Source of the DNA: Eledone cirrhosa | Taxonomy: Eukaryota | DNA length: 64,000 bases | Direction: 5' to 3' | NCBI GenBank assembly: GCA_964016885.1 | Contig: OZ024740.1 | Location: 58,156,001 to 58,220,000, forward strand | Shown here: positions 24,401-46,289 of the stretch, in pieces | Numbering within the stretch: the first letter of the stretch is position 1 | Layout: each line of letters begins with the position of its first letter | Made by a program: the position numbers and the translations under genes | Notes under the pieces: generated by a model | The model's input: the letters and a program-made list of their open reading frames with translations, nothing else | Database searches by the model: none | What the model was told of the DNA's origin: nothing

Positions 24401-25036
24401 TGTTTACTCGAGAGAAGGCTACGTTGGTATGGACACGTGATGCGCATGAAAGTCGATAGCTGTATAACAAAGTGCAGGGCAATAAAGATAGACGGTAGTC
24501 ACGGAATAGGCAGACCTAGAAAAACCTGGGACGAGCTGATAAACTCCGACATCACACACTTACACCTCTCCAAGACAATGTCACTGGACCGAGACCTTTG
24601 GCGGTACTCAGTAACTGAGAAGACCCGCCTTACCTAAATATATAGTAAAACCTACTCCAGCCAGTAGGCATCTCTAACAAAATACACCCCGTCCCACCAC
24701 CACCACCCCCACCCCATCCACACCACCCCGTTCTATGTAAAGTTATGTTGGTGCCGCGCCATCGAGGCCGAAACAAATGAGATCGTGTAGGTGTCACGAC
24801 AAAAAAACACACAGTCCACGCTGGAATGTGGCCGTGTAGGCAACACGGTAAAAACCTCCCAGACCCACACTGTAAATGTGGTTGGTGTTAGGAAGGGCAT
24901 CCAACTGTAGAAAACCTGCCAGACAGTCCTATGCGAGCAAGACAATCACTCTTGCCTCAAGTGGGACTACCCCCGTCCAAACCCATGCAAGCGTGGAACA
25001 CGGACGTTAAACGTTGATGATAATGATGATGATGAT
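24401..25036 (+). mobile_element. 5'-truncated RTE family B copy
   Basis: [15 protein letters not shown]...TEKTRLT*, 3' UTR and (GAT)n tail; (TA)n on both sides. Confidence 0.95.
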
Positions 25037-25606
25037 ATGTGTGTATATATATGTATATGTATATATATGTGTGTATATATATGTGTGTTTATATATGTAT
25101 ATATATGTGTGTATATATATGTATATGTATATATATGTGTGTATATATATGTGTGTATATATATGTATATATATATGTATATATATGTGTGTATATATAT
25201 GTATATATATATGTGTATATATATGTGTGTATATATATGTATATATATATGTGTATATATATGTGTGTATATATATGTATATATATATGTATGTATATAT
25301 ATGTTTATATATATGTATATATATATGTGTATATACATGTATATATATATATGTGTATATATACGTGTATATATATATGTGTATATATATATATGTGTAT
25401 ATATATATGTGTATATATATATATATGTATATATATATATGTATATATATATATGTGTATATATATATGTATATATATATATGTGTATATATATATGTAT
25501 ATATATATGTGTATATATATATGTATATATATATATGTATATATATATATGTGTATATATATGTATATATATATATGTGTATATATATGTATATATATAT
25601 ATGTGT

Positions 25607-26220
25607 ATCATCATCATCATCATCATCACCGTTTTACGTCCGTTCTTCCACGCTAGCATGGGTTAGACGGGTTGTCCTGTTGTGGGCAGTGTCTGGTCGG
25701 CTGACCATGCCTTGCTCATACAGGAACTGATCTGGCTTGATTTCTACAGCTGGATGCCCTTCCTAACACCAACCTCATTTACAGTGAGTGCTGGGTGCTT
25801 TTTCGTGGCGCCTACACGTCCACTTTACAGTGTGGGCTGGGTGCTTTTTTGCCGTGGCACCTCCACGACCACCTTGCGGTGGGGGGGGGGCATATTGTTT
25901 ATATGCTTCAGCATGTACCCATGGGAGGTCGGGTACCCTGTATTACTGCGTGACGCCAGAAGTCACGGTCGTGTGTCATCGACTTTGAGAGGTGTAGTTG
26001 GGTAAGGTCGGCTTTTATCACCTCATCCCAAGTCATCTTGGGTCTCCCCACTCCGCGGTTTCCATCAACTTCTAGTGCTCTGCACCTTTTTATGCAGCTG
26101 TCATCCTTCATACGCATCACATGTCCATACCAGCGTAACCGCCTCTCCTGCACGCAGCATTTGATTCCTCTTATGCTCAGTCTCTCTCTCAATTCATTTA
26201 TGCTTTGTCGTTCACGTATA
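25607..26220 (-). mobile_element. 5'-truncated RTE family A copy
   Basis: Near-identical to 15531-16145. Confidence 0.95.
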
Positions 26221-26225
26221 TCACG

Positions 26226-27315
26226 TGTATATATATGTATATATATATATGTGTATATATATGTATATATATATATGTATATATATATATGTATATATAT
26301 GTATATATATTTATGTATATATATATATGTATATGTATATATATATATGTATATATATATATGTATATATATATATGTATATATATATATGTATATATAT
26401 ATGTATATATATATATGTATATATATATATGTATATATATATATGTGTATATATATATGTATATATATATATGTGTATATATATATGTGTATATATATGT
26501 GTATATATATATGTATATATATATATGTGTATATATATGTATATATATATGTGTATATATATGTATATATATATATGTGTATATATATGTATATATATAT
26601 ATGTGTATATATATGTATATATATATATGTGTATATATATGTATATATATATATGTGTATATATATGTACATATATATATGTATATGTATATATGTATAT
26701 GTATATATATATGTGTGTATATATATATGTATATATATATGTGTGTATATGTATATGTATATATATATATATGTGTGTATATGTATATGTATATATATAT
26801 ATATGTGTGTATATGTATATATATATATATGTGTGTATATGTATATGTATAAATATGTGTGTATATGTATATATATATGTGTATATGTATATATATATAT
26901 GTGTGTATATGTATATATATATGTGTGTGTGTATATGTATATATATATATGTGTGTATATATATGTATATATATATGTGTGTATATATATGTATATATAT
27001 ATGTATATATATGTGCGTATATATATGTATATATATGTGCGTATATATGTATATATATATGTGCGTATATATGTGTATATATATGTATATATATATATAT
27101 GTGTATATAAATGTATATATATATATATATATTTATATATATGTATATATATATGTATATATATATGTGTATATATATGTATATATATATGTGTATATAT
27201 ATGTATATATATATATATGTATGTATATATATATGTATGTATATATATATGTATGTATATATATATATATGTATGTATATATATATATATGTATGTATAT
27301 ATATATATATGTATG

Positions 27316-27348
<33 letters not shown>

Positions 27349-27557
27349 GTATGTATATACATGTATGTATATGTATATATATGTATGTATATGTATATAT
27401 ATGTATGTATATGTATATATATATATATGTATGTATATGTATATATATGTATGTATGTATATATATATATGTATGTATATATATCTATGTATATGTATAT
27501 ATATGTATGTATATATATATATGTATGTATATATATCTATGTATATGTATATATATG

Positions 27558-27588
<31 letters not shown>

Positions 27589-27773
27589 ATGTATATATAT
27601 GTATATATATATATATATATGTATATATATTTATATATGTATATATATATGTATATATATTTATATATGTATATATATATATATATATATTTATATATGT
27701 ATATATATGTATATATATATGTATATATATATGTATATATATATATATATGTGTATGTATATGTATATATATG

Positions 27774-27804
<31 letters not shown>

Positions 27805-27901
27805 TTATATATGTATATATATATGTATATATATTTATATATGTATATATATATATATTTATATATGTATATATATGTATATATATATGTATATATATAT
27901 G

Positions 27902-27940
<39 letters not shown>
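26226..27940. repeat. G-interrupted (TA)n microsatellite
   Basis: Direct reading. Confidence 0.97.
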
Positions 27941-28103
27941 GTAATAGGAACCAGTAAGACCCCGACAGTAAGACCGCCGTCGAAACGGCTTGAGCTGAGC
28001 TGTCGGGGTCTTACTGGTTCCTATTACCCACTCTACTACCTCAAGTATTGAGTACTTTGGTGCGTTATGGTCCACCTGGTTCCTTACCACATTTCCTTCG
28101 TTA
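27941..28103 (+). mobile_element. Short island with 28-bp inverted repeat and the 3' half of a hammerhead
   Basis: 27941-27968 is the reverse complement of 28000-28027. GAC-CGCC-GTC-GAAA-CGGCT-TGAGCTG-AGCTG-TC-GGGGTC lies between and across the right arm. Confidence 0.6.
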
Positions 28104-28117
28104 TATATATATGTATA

Positions 28118-28199
<82 letters not shown>

Positions 28200-28201
<2 letters not shown>

Positions 28202-29326
28202 AGTTAAAAATGTACATCCACATATGTATACTGAAATATTAGTATGCATATGAATACACACACGTGTACATATGTAGATGTACCGAGTTTTTCACTGGAC
28301 ACTTTACTGTGAGTGTTCAGCTATTCTGTATGTAAACACACAGACAAACCGGTTTTTAGAGTCATACTGGTTTTCGAGGAAACACCTTTCCTCTACTCTG
28401 CAGAAAGCCAGACAGGAATATTGGAGTAGTTTCGATGTTGTTACATCTCATCAGCAATATTTACCTATCCTCCGGCCTTTCTAGAGAATCGTAAAAGCAC
28501 ATATCGTTATATGCTTTTTCTATGAAAATTAGTAGTGGGCAGACTAATTTGCATAGAGTGTGAGTACGTACCGGTTCAGCGGAGACGATAAAAACAAATA
28601 ACGAAACGAAGTTAAATTTCGTTTCGTTTGTAACTCACTTTTGTATGACTGACGCTTAAACAATTAAGTTTAAAATGTACATCCACATATGTATACTGAA
28701 ATACTAGTATGCATATCACGCTCTATGCAAATTAGTCTGCCCACTACTAATTTTCATAGAAAAAGCATATAACGATACGTGCTTTTACGATTCTCTAGAA
28801 AGGCCGGAGGATAGGTAAATATTGCTGATGAGATGTAACAACATCGAAACTTGTCCAATATTCCTGTCTGGCTTTCTGCAGAATAGAGGAAAGGGGTTTC
28901 CTCGAAAAGCAGTACGACTCTAAAAACCGGTTTGTCTGTGTGTTTACATACAGAATAGCTGAACACTCACAGTAAAGTGTCCAGTGAAAAACTCGGTACA
29001 TCTACATATGTACACGTGTGTGTATTCATATGCATACTAATATTTCAGTATACATATGTGGATGGACATTTTTAACTTAATTGTTTAAGCGTCAGTCATA
29101 CAAAAGTGAGTTACAAACGAAACAAAATTTAATTTCGTTTCGTTATTTGTTTTTATCGTCTCCGTTGAACCGGTACTTACTCACACTCTATGCAAATTAG
29201 TCTGCCCACTACTAATTTTCATAGAAAAAGCATATAACGATATGTGCTTTTACGATTCTCTAGAGAGGCCGGAAGATAGGTAAATATTGCTGATGAGTTG
29301 TAACAACAACAAAACTAGTTCAATAT
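28200..29326. mobile_element. Second R2 locus: one unit on - (28200-28716) head-to-head with ~1.3 units on + (28717-29326)
   Basis: Diverged homologue of 13266-14683. HHRs at 28417-28461 (-), 28818-28862 (+) and 29283-29326 (+, GAAA mutated to AAAA). Confidence 0.85.
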
Positions 29327-29331
29327 GTTTT

Positions 29332-34117
<4,786 letters not shown>

Positions 34118-36538
34118 ATCATCATCATCATCATCATCAGCGTTTAACGTCCGTGTTCCACGCTTGCATGGGTTTGGACGGGGGTAGTCCCACTTGAGGC
34201 AAGAGTGATTGTCTTGCTCGCATAGGACTGTCTGGCAGGTTTTCTACAGTTGGATGCCCTTCCTAACACCAACCACATTTACAGTGTGGGTCTGGGAGGT
34301 TTTTACCGTGTTGCCTACACGGCCACATTACAGCGTGGACTGTGTGTTTTTTTGTCGTGACACCTACACGATCTCATTTGTTTCGGCCTCGATGGCGCGG
34401 CACCAACATAACTTTACATAGAACGGGGTGGTGTGGATCGGGTGGGGGTGGTGGGACGGGGTGTATTTGTTAGAGATGCCTACTGGCTGGAGTAGGTTTT
34501 ACTATATATTTAGGTAAGGCGGGTCTTCTCTGTTACTGAGTACCGCCAAAGGTCTCGGTCCAGTGACATTGTCTTGGAGAGGTGTAAGTGTGTGATGTCG
34601 GAGTTTATCAGCTCGTCCCAGGTTTTTCTAGGTCTGCCTATTCCGTGACTACCGTCTATCTTTATTGCCCTGCACTTTGTTATACAGCTATCGACTTTCA
34701 TGCGCATCACGTGTCCATACCAACGTAGCCTTCTCTCGAGTAAACAACATCTGATCCCTCTTATCTCTAATTTATTCCTTAGTTCGTTTATGCTTTGCCG
34801 TTCACGTATATTACTGTTACACATCCAGCGGAGCATGCAAGCTTCGTTCCTCTCTAGTCTGCGTATATCCTCTGCACACAATGCCCAGGTCTCACTGCCA
34901 TGCAGCATTGCTGTTCGTATGCAGGCATCGTACAACCTGCCTTTCATTTTTAGTGAGAACCCTTTAGCAGCTAATAGTGGTATAAGCTCTCTGAACTTTT
35001 TCCAACCAGTTCTGACTCTAGCTACAGTACTTTCAGAGCACCCTCCCCCACTGCTGATTTTATCGCCCAGGTAACGGAAGCTGTCCACTATTTCTATAGA
35101 ACCCTCTGCGCAATTGAAAGAGCTAGTAGTTTGTGGGCACTTGCTGCTACTTATTGCACCAGAGCACCGGCCACATGTAAAATCTATGTTCTTAGTTAGC
35201 CTACCTGTGATCCCACTACATCTTTTATGCACCCATACTTTGCATTTAGGACATAAAATGGAGTTTCTACCTACGCCTTTCCTACACACCGAGCACGACC
35301 ATTTCCCAGAAGGGACCGCCGCCTTGTTTTCTTTCCTACAAACTAGTACTTTGGTCTTAGCCAGGTTAATTTTAAGTCCTTTTGACTCTAGGCCGTGCTT
35401 CCATGTTTGGAATTTCTTCTCTAGCTCGGCCATTGATTCCGCTATGAGTGTCAGGTCGTCTGCGTATAGGAGTTCCCATGGGCAGCCTGTCTTGAACTCC
35501 TCTGTTATGGCCTGAAGGGCAATAATAAATAGTAGTGGACTGAGAACAGAGCCCTGATGGACGCCGACTTTTACGCTAAACTCTTCACTATATTCGTTGT
35601 TAATTCTAACCTTGCTGACTGTTTCTTTATACATGGCTTGTATAGCCCTCACAAGCCATTCGTCAACGCCTAGTTTTCTAAGAGCCCACCAGATAATGGA
35701 GCGGGGGACTCTGTCGAAGGCTTTCTCCAAGTCGACAAAAGCTAAGTAGAGGGGTTTACCTTTAGCTAGGTACTTCTCTTGTAGTTGTCGTACTATGAAA
35801 AGAGCGTCTGTGGTACTTTTGCCTGACACAAACCCGAACTGCATTTCATCTAGGTCAATTCTCTCTCTGATTAGCTGCGCTATTACTCTTTCCGTGACCT
35901 TCATGACCTGGTCGATTAATTTAATGCCTCTATAGTTACTCCTATCTAGGGCGTCTCCTTTACCCTTATAACAGTTAACGATGATGCTGCTATGCCAGTC
36001 CTTCGGAACAACCCCGTTTTGTACGACTTGGTTAACTATGCGGGTGACCATGGTGTGTCCCACCGTGCCAGATGCCTTCAGCATCTCAGCAACTATTTCC
36101 GAAGGCCCAGCCGCCTTACCAGTCTTCATATCCTTGATTGCCTTACTTATTATACTCCCCTCGACTAACACTGCTGGTCCCTCTATTGGGTCGATATGGG
36201 GGAGACTGCCTTTCTCCCAATTATTCTCCTCATTTAGAAGCCTTTCATAGTGACACTTCCAAGCTACCTTCTTATCAGCGTCGGTGATGGCAAGTGTGCC
36301 ATCGTCGTTTAGTACACACTTCTCCCCGACAATATCACGGTTTTCCTTGACGCATTGCCTAGCAATCCTGAACACCTCACGTTTTTGGTCATCGCGTTGT
36401 AGAACATGCTTGAACTTTCTTTCCTCAGCTTCCCTTCTTGCTAAGTACACTTGTCTCCTAGCTTCCCTCCTGGCCACTTGATAGTCCTCTCTACTTCCCC
36501 CATCCCGCCATACTTTCCAAGCCTGCTTTTTGGCCTTA
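34118..36538 (-). mobile_element. 5'-truncated RTE family B copy; open RT+PHD frame 34510-36477, no endonuclease
   Basis: YADD RT and C4HC3 finger, 3' UTR, (GAT)n tail. Confidence 0.95.
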
Positions 36539-36740
36539 TATATATATGTGTGTATATGTATATATATATATATGTGTGTATATGTATATATATATGTGTG
36601 TATATATATGTATATATATATGTGTGTATATATGTATATATATATGTGTGTGTATATATATGTATATATATGTGTGTATATATATGTATATATATATGTA
36701 TATAAATGTGCGTATATATATGTATATATATGTGCGTATA

Positions 36741-36771
<31 letters not shown>

Positions 36772-36773
<2 letters not shown>

Positions 36774-37496
36774 CATCATCATCATCATCATCATCACCGT
36801 TTTAAGTCCGTTCTTCCACGCTAGCATGGGTTAGACGGGTTGTCCTGTTGTGTGCAGTGTCTGGTCGGCTGACCATGCCTTGCTCATACAGGAACTGATC
36901 TGGCTTGATTTCTACAGCTGGATGCCCTTCCTAACACCAACCTCATTTACAGTGAGTGCTGGGTGCTTTTTCGTGGCGCCTACACGTCCACTTTACAGTG
37001 TGGGCTGGGTGCTTTTTTGCCGTGGCACCTCCACGACCACCTTGCGGTGGGGGGAGTGGGGGCATATTGTTTATATGCTTCAGCATGTACCCATGGGAGG
37101 TCGGGTAGCCTGTATTACTGCGTGACGCCAGAAGTCACGGTCGTGTGTCATTCTCTTTGAGAGGTGTAGTTGGGTAAGGTCGGCTTTTATCACCTCATCC
37201 CAAGTCATCTTGGGTCTCCCCACTCCGCGGTTGCCATCAACTTCTAGTGCTCTGCACCTTTTTATGCAGCTGTCATACGCATCAAATGTTCATACCAGCG
37301 TAACCGCCTCTCCTGCACGCAGCATTTGATTCCTCTTATGCTCAGTCTCTCTCTCAATTCCTTTATGCTTTGTCGTTCACGTATATTACTGTTACACATC
37401 CATCTGAGCATGCAGGCTTCGTTTCTCTCTAATCTACGTAAGTCTTCCACCTTCAGCGCCCATGTCTCACTACCATGCAACATCGCTGTTCGGATA
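36772..37496 (-). mobile_element. 5'-truncated RTE family A copy
   Basis: Matches 15531-16256 with a small deletion near 37275. Confidence 0.95.
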
Positions 37497-37733
37497 TGTG
37501 TATATATATGTATATATATATATATGTGTATATATATGTATATATATATATATATATGTGTATATATATGTATATATATATGTGTATATATATGTATATA
37601 TATACACATATATATATGTGTATATATATGTATATATATATATGTGTATATATATGTATATATATATATATGTATGTATATATATATGTATGTATATATA
37701 TATATGTATGTATATATATATATATATGTATGT

Positions 37734-37803
<70 letters not shown>

Positions 37804-37890
37804 GTATATATATGTATATATATATATATATATGTATGTATATGTATATATATGTATATATATATATATATGTATATATATTTATATATG

Positions 37891-37928
<38 letters not shown>

Positions 37929-38026
37929 TATGTATATATATTTATATATGTATATATATATGTATATATATATGTATATATATGTATATATATATGTATA
38001 TATATACATATATGTATATATATATG

Positions 38027-38058
<32 letters not shown>

Positions 38059-38059
<1 letters not shown>

Positions 38060-38463
38060 TAAGATAAGCAGAACAAGTAAAATTCAATCAATTTTTCAAA
38101 ATACATTAAAAAATATAATATAAATATTTACTTCTTCTAGTGGCCCTTACTGATCAGTTTCGCTCTGTAAAACCTCATAAATCTGATGGATTTATGATGG
38201 AAAACCAAAGCTCATCAGAGAAGCATTTTCCCTTCCTAGGGCTAAACGTCCCAGGAACGACAAAATATACAACCTCCTGCCAGCTAATAAAGGTCTGAAA
38301 GGTCGTAAAATTGACCCGTATGTAAACTGGACCAAAGTAAAAGCGGGAAAATCAAAGACTTGCTGTCTACAATTACTACTAAAAAAATACATTGAACAAC
38401 CTTGAATCATAGACAACCTATGTATTTCTAGGGGTACCTAGTATCCCTGGACATATTAACTTC

Positions 38464-38464
<1 letters not shown>
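38059..38464 (-). mobile_element. 400-bp non-coding island with extended-stem-II hammerhead (38142-38224); duplicate at 40839-41244
   Basis: TTCT-CTGATGA-GCTTTG...TCATAAATC-CATCA-GATTTATGA...CAGAGC-GAAA-CTGATCAG-TA-AGGG on - strand. Probably a PLE pseudo-LTR fragment (inference). Confidence 0.7.
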
Positions 38465-38518
<54 letters not shown>

Positions 38519-38529
38519 GTATATATATG

Positions 38530-38564
<35 letters not shown>

Positions 38565-38573
38565 GTATATATG

Positions 38574-38607
<34 letters not shown>

Positions 38608-38915
38608 CATATATATGTATATATATATACATATATATGTATATATATATACATATATATACATATATATGTATATATATATGTATATATATATGTATAT
38701 ATATATGTATATATATATGTATATATATATGTATATATATATGTATATATATATGTATATATATATGTATATATATATGTATATATATATGTATATATAT
38801 ATATGTATATATATATATGTATATATATATGTATATATATATATGTATATATATATATGTATATATATATGTATATATATATATGTATATATATATGTAT
38901 ATCTATATATATATG

Positions 38916-38964
<49 letters not shown>

Positions 38965-39075
38965 GTATATATATATATGTGTATACATATATATATGTAT
39001 ATACATATATATATGTATATATATATATGTATATATATATATGTATATATATATATGTATATACATATATATATG

Positions 39076-39176
<101 letters not shown>

Positions 39177-39184
39177 GTATATAC

Positions 39185-39235
<51 letters not shown>

Positions 39236-39270
39236 TGTATATACATATATATATATATATATGTATATAC

Positions 39271-39321
<51 letters not shown>

Positions 39322-39330
39322 TGTATATAC

Positions 39331-39362
<32 letters not shown>

Positions 39363-39370
39363 GTATATAC

Positions 39371-39405
<35 letters not shown>

Positions 39406-39433
39406 TATGTATATACATATATATATATATATG

Positions 39434-39546
<113 letters not shown>

Positions 39547-39557
39547 GTATATATATG

Positions 39558-39588
<31 letters not shown>

Positions 39589-39617
39589 GTATATATATAT
39601 ATGTATATATATATATG

Positions 39618-39648
<31 letters not shown>

Positions 39649-39663
39649 GTATATATATATATG

Positions 39664-39726
<63 letters not shown>

Positions 39727-39773
39727 GTATATACATATATATATATATATGTATATATATGTATATATATATG

Positions 39774-39812
<39 letters not shown>

Positions 39813-39813
39813 G

Positions 39814-39910
39814 TACTAAAAGTTTGTAGATAGCTGTTTTAGGTTATGTAACTGTTATAGAAACACGTGTCAATAAATTCCTTTCAACTAAACTGTATCC
39901 ATTCAAATCT

Positions 39911-39914
<4 letters not shown>
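39814..39914 (+). mobile_element. 100-bp fragment of the PLE-C terminus; duplicate at 42491-42591
   Basis: Reverse complement of 61711-61810. Confidence 0.85.
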
Positions 39915-40002
<88 letters not shown>

Positions 40003-40145
40003 ATATGTATGTATATATGTATGTATGTGTATGTATATATGTATGTATGTATATGTATATATGTATGTATATATGTATGTATGTATATATATATATATGT
40101 ATGTATATATATATGTATGTGTATATATATATGTATGTATATATA

Positions 40146-40184
<39 letters not shown>

Positions 40185-40219
40185 ATATATATATGTATAT
40201 ATATGTGTATATATATATG

Positions 40220-40270
<51 letters not shown>

Positions 40271-40375
40271 GTGTATATATATATATGTATATATATATAT
40301 ATGTGTATATATATATATGTATATATATATATATGTATGTATATATATATATGTATGTATATATATATATGTATG

Positions 40376-40406
<31 letters not shown>

Positions 40407-40558
40407 GTATGTATATATATATATATGTGTATGTATATATATATGTATGTATATATATATATGTATATATATATATATGTATGTATATATATATATGTGT
40501 ATGTATATATATATGTATGTATATATATATATGTATGTATATATATATATATGTATGT

Positions 40559-40594
<36 letters not shown>

Positions 40595-40699
40595 GTATAT
40601 ATATGTATATATATATATATATATGTATGTATATGTATATATATGTATATATATATATATATGTATATATATTTATATATGTATATATATTTATATATG

Positions 40700-40740
<41 letters not shown>

Positions 40741-40805
40741 GTATATATATATGTATATATATGTATATATATATGTATATATATACATATATGTATATAT
40801 ATATG

Positions 40806-40840
<35 letters not shown>

Positions 40841-41242
40841 TAAGATAAGCAGAACAAGTAAAATTCAATCAATTTTCAAAATACATTAAAAAATATAATA
40901 TAAATATTTACTTCTTCTAGTGGCCCTTACTGATCAGTTTCGCTCTGTAAAACCTCATAAATCTGATGGATTTATGATGGAAAACCAAAGCTCATCAGAG
41001 AAGCATTTTCCCTTCCTAGGGCTAAACGTCCCAGGAACGACAAAATATACAACCTCCTGCCAGCTAATAAAGGTCTGAAAGGTCGTAAAATTGACCCGTA
41101 TGTAAACTGGACCAAAGTAAAAGCGGGAAAATCAAAGACTTGCTGTCTACAATTACTACTAAAAAATACATTGAACAACCTTGAATCATAGACAACCTAT
41201 GTATTTCTAGGGGTACGTAGTATCCCTGGACATATTAACTTC

Positions 41243-41295
<53 letters not shown>

Positions 41296-41306
41296 GTATA
41301 TATATG

Positions 41307-41382
<76 letters not shown>

Positions 41383-41576
41383 CATATATATGTATATATA
41401 TATACATATATATGTATATATATATACATATATATGTATATATATATACATATATATGTATATATATGTATATATATATGTATATATATATGTATATATA
41501 TATGTATATATATATGTATATATATATGTATATATATATGTATATATATATGTATATATATATGTATATATATATG

Positions 41577-41625
<49 letters not shown>

Positions 41626-41744
41626 GTATATACATATATATATGTATATACATATATATATGTATATATATATATGTATATATATATATGTATATATATA
41701 TATGTATATATATATATGTATATACATATATATATATATATGTG

Positions 41745-41777
<33 letters not shown>

Positions 41778-41785
41778 GTATATAC

Positions 41786-41835
<50 letters not shown>

Positions 41836-41891
41836 GTATATACATATATATATATATATGTATATACATATATATATATATATGTATATAC

Positions 41892-41942
<51 letters not shown>

Positions 41943-41951
41943 TGTATATAC

Positions 41952-41983
<32 letters not shown>

Positions 41984-42053
41984 GTATATACATATATATA
42001 TATATATGTATATATATATATGTATATACATATATATATATATATGTATATAC

Positions 42054-42112
<59 letters not shown>

Positions 42113-42117
42113 TGTAT

Positions 42118-42157
<40 letters not shown>

Positions 42158-42274
42158 GTATATATATATATGTATATATATATATGTATATATATATATG
42201 TATATATATATATGTATATATATATATATGTATATATATATATGTATATATATATATATGTATATATATATATG

Positions 42275-42341
<67 letters not shown>

Positions 42342-42447
42342 GTATATATGTATATATGTATATATATATATATATGTATATATATGTATATATATATGTA
42401 TATATATATATATATGTATATATATGTATATATATATGTATATATAT

Positions 42448-42489
<42 letters not shown>

Positions 42490-42591
42490 GTACTAAAAGT
42501 TTGTAGATAGCTGTTTTAGGTTATGTAACTGTTATAGAAACACGTGTCAATAAATTCCTTTCAACTAAACTGTATCCATTCAAATCTTTCT

Positions 42592-44697
<2,106 letters not shown>

Positions 44698-45323
44698 TAG
44701 TCACCACTTATATATGTCAGGTCACCACTTGGTGCTACTGGTAACATGTATCCCACTACAACCTGTCTCATGGTCGGGTCGTTGGCGACTAAACTGGCAA
44801 CCCCACTAAGGTTTCTTGGTGAGGAGGGTGACTTTGGACATCCTGCAGGACTAAAAACAAAACCTGTCAAAGGGCAAAGGAGCTCTTAAGAGTCAATGGC
44901 CATCCAAAATCACTGGGAGAGATGACCCCTTAGCCTTTATCAAGGCAGAATTCTAGGAGAAGGAAAACTCTGGTATAACACCTGCAACCCTGATGGTATC
45001 CAATGATGTTGACTTGTTCTTCTTTTTGGTAAATATCATCTTGGTTAAGAGAGTGGGACTGGCTTTGTGCAGTGCCTTTGCTCACTATAAAAGCTTCACG
45101 GCACAGGCATTGCTTTATATCTGGAGATCTCTCTGCACTTGCCGTCACATGGTACCATGGGCCCAGAACTATGTGTCAATAATTGTCACAAGTGTAGTGT
45201 TTGTACCCGAGTTTTGAAGTCGCTGGCTGGACTAAAAAGTCATACTCGTTCAGCGAATCGGTAGGGGTTCTCCTACATGGATATAAAGTAGTGGCCGTAC
45301 TCGAAAACGAGTTGGCAGCCACC
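44698..45323 (+). mobile_element. Internally deleted (bipartite) non-autonomous RTE/BovB-like element
   Basis: The 5' part has CTAGGAGAAGGAAAACTCTG, which I recall from RTE 5' UTRs. The 3' part encodes [21 protein letters not shown] (45181-45264, BovB-type C-terminal zinc finger), followed by a CTCG-AAAA-CGAG stem-loop. Confidence 0.6.
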
Positions 45324-45458
45324 ATATATATGTATATGTATGTGTATATATATGTATGTATATATATATATATATGTATATATATATGTATGTATATATA
45401 AATATGTACATATATATATATGTATATATGTATATATATATATATATATATGTATATG

Positions 45459-45489
<31 letters not shown>

Positions 45490-45500
45490 GTATATATATG

Positions 45501-45533
<33 letters not shown>

Positions 45534-45544
45534 GTATATATATG

Positions 45545-45595
<51 letters not shown>

Positions 45596-45720
45596 GTATG
45601 TATATATAGAAATGTATATATATATATATATATGTATATATAGAAATGTATATATATATATATATATGTATATATAGAAATGTATATATATATATATGTA
45701 TATATATATATGTATATATG

Positions 45721-45751
<31 letters not shown>

Positions 45752-45772
45752 GTATATATATGTATATATATG

Positions 45773-45806
<34 letters not shown>

Positions 45807-45830
45807 TGTATATATATGTATATATATATG

Positions 45831-46142
<312 letters not shown>

Positions 46143-46172
46143 TATGTATATGTATATATATATGTATATGTG

Positions 46173-46203
<31 letters not shown>

Positions 46204-46206
46204 GTG

Positions 46207-46289
<83 letters not shown>

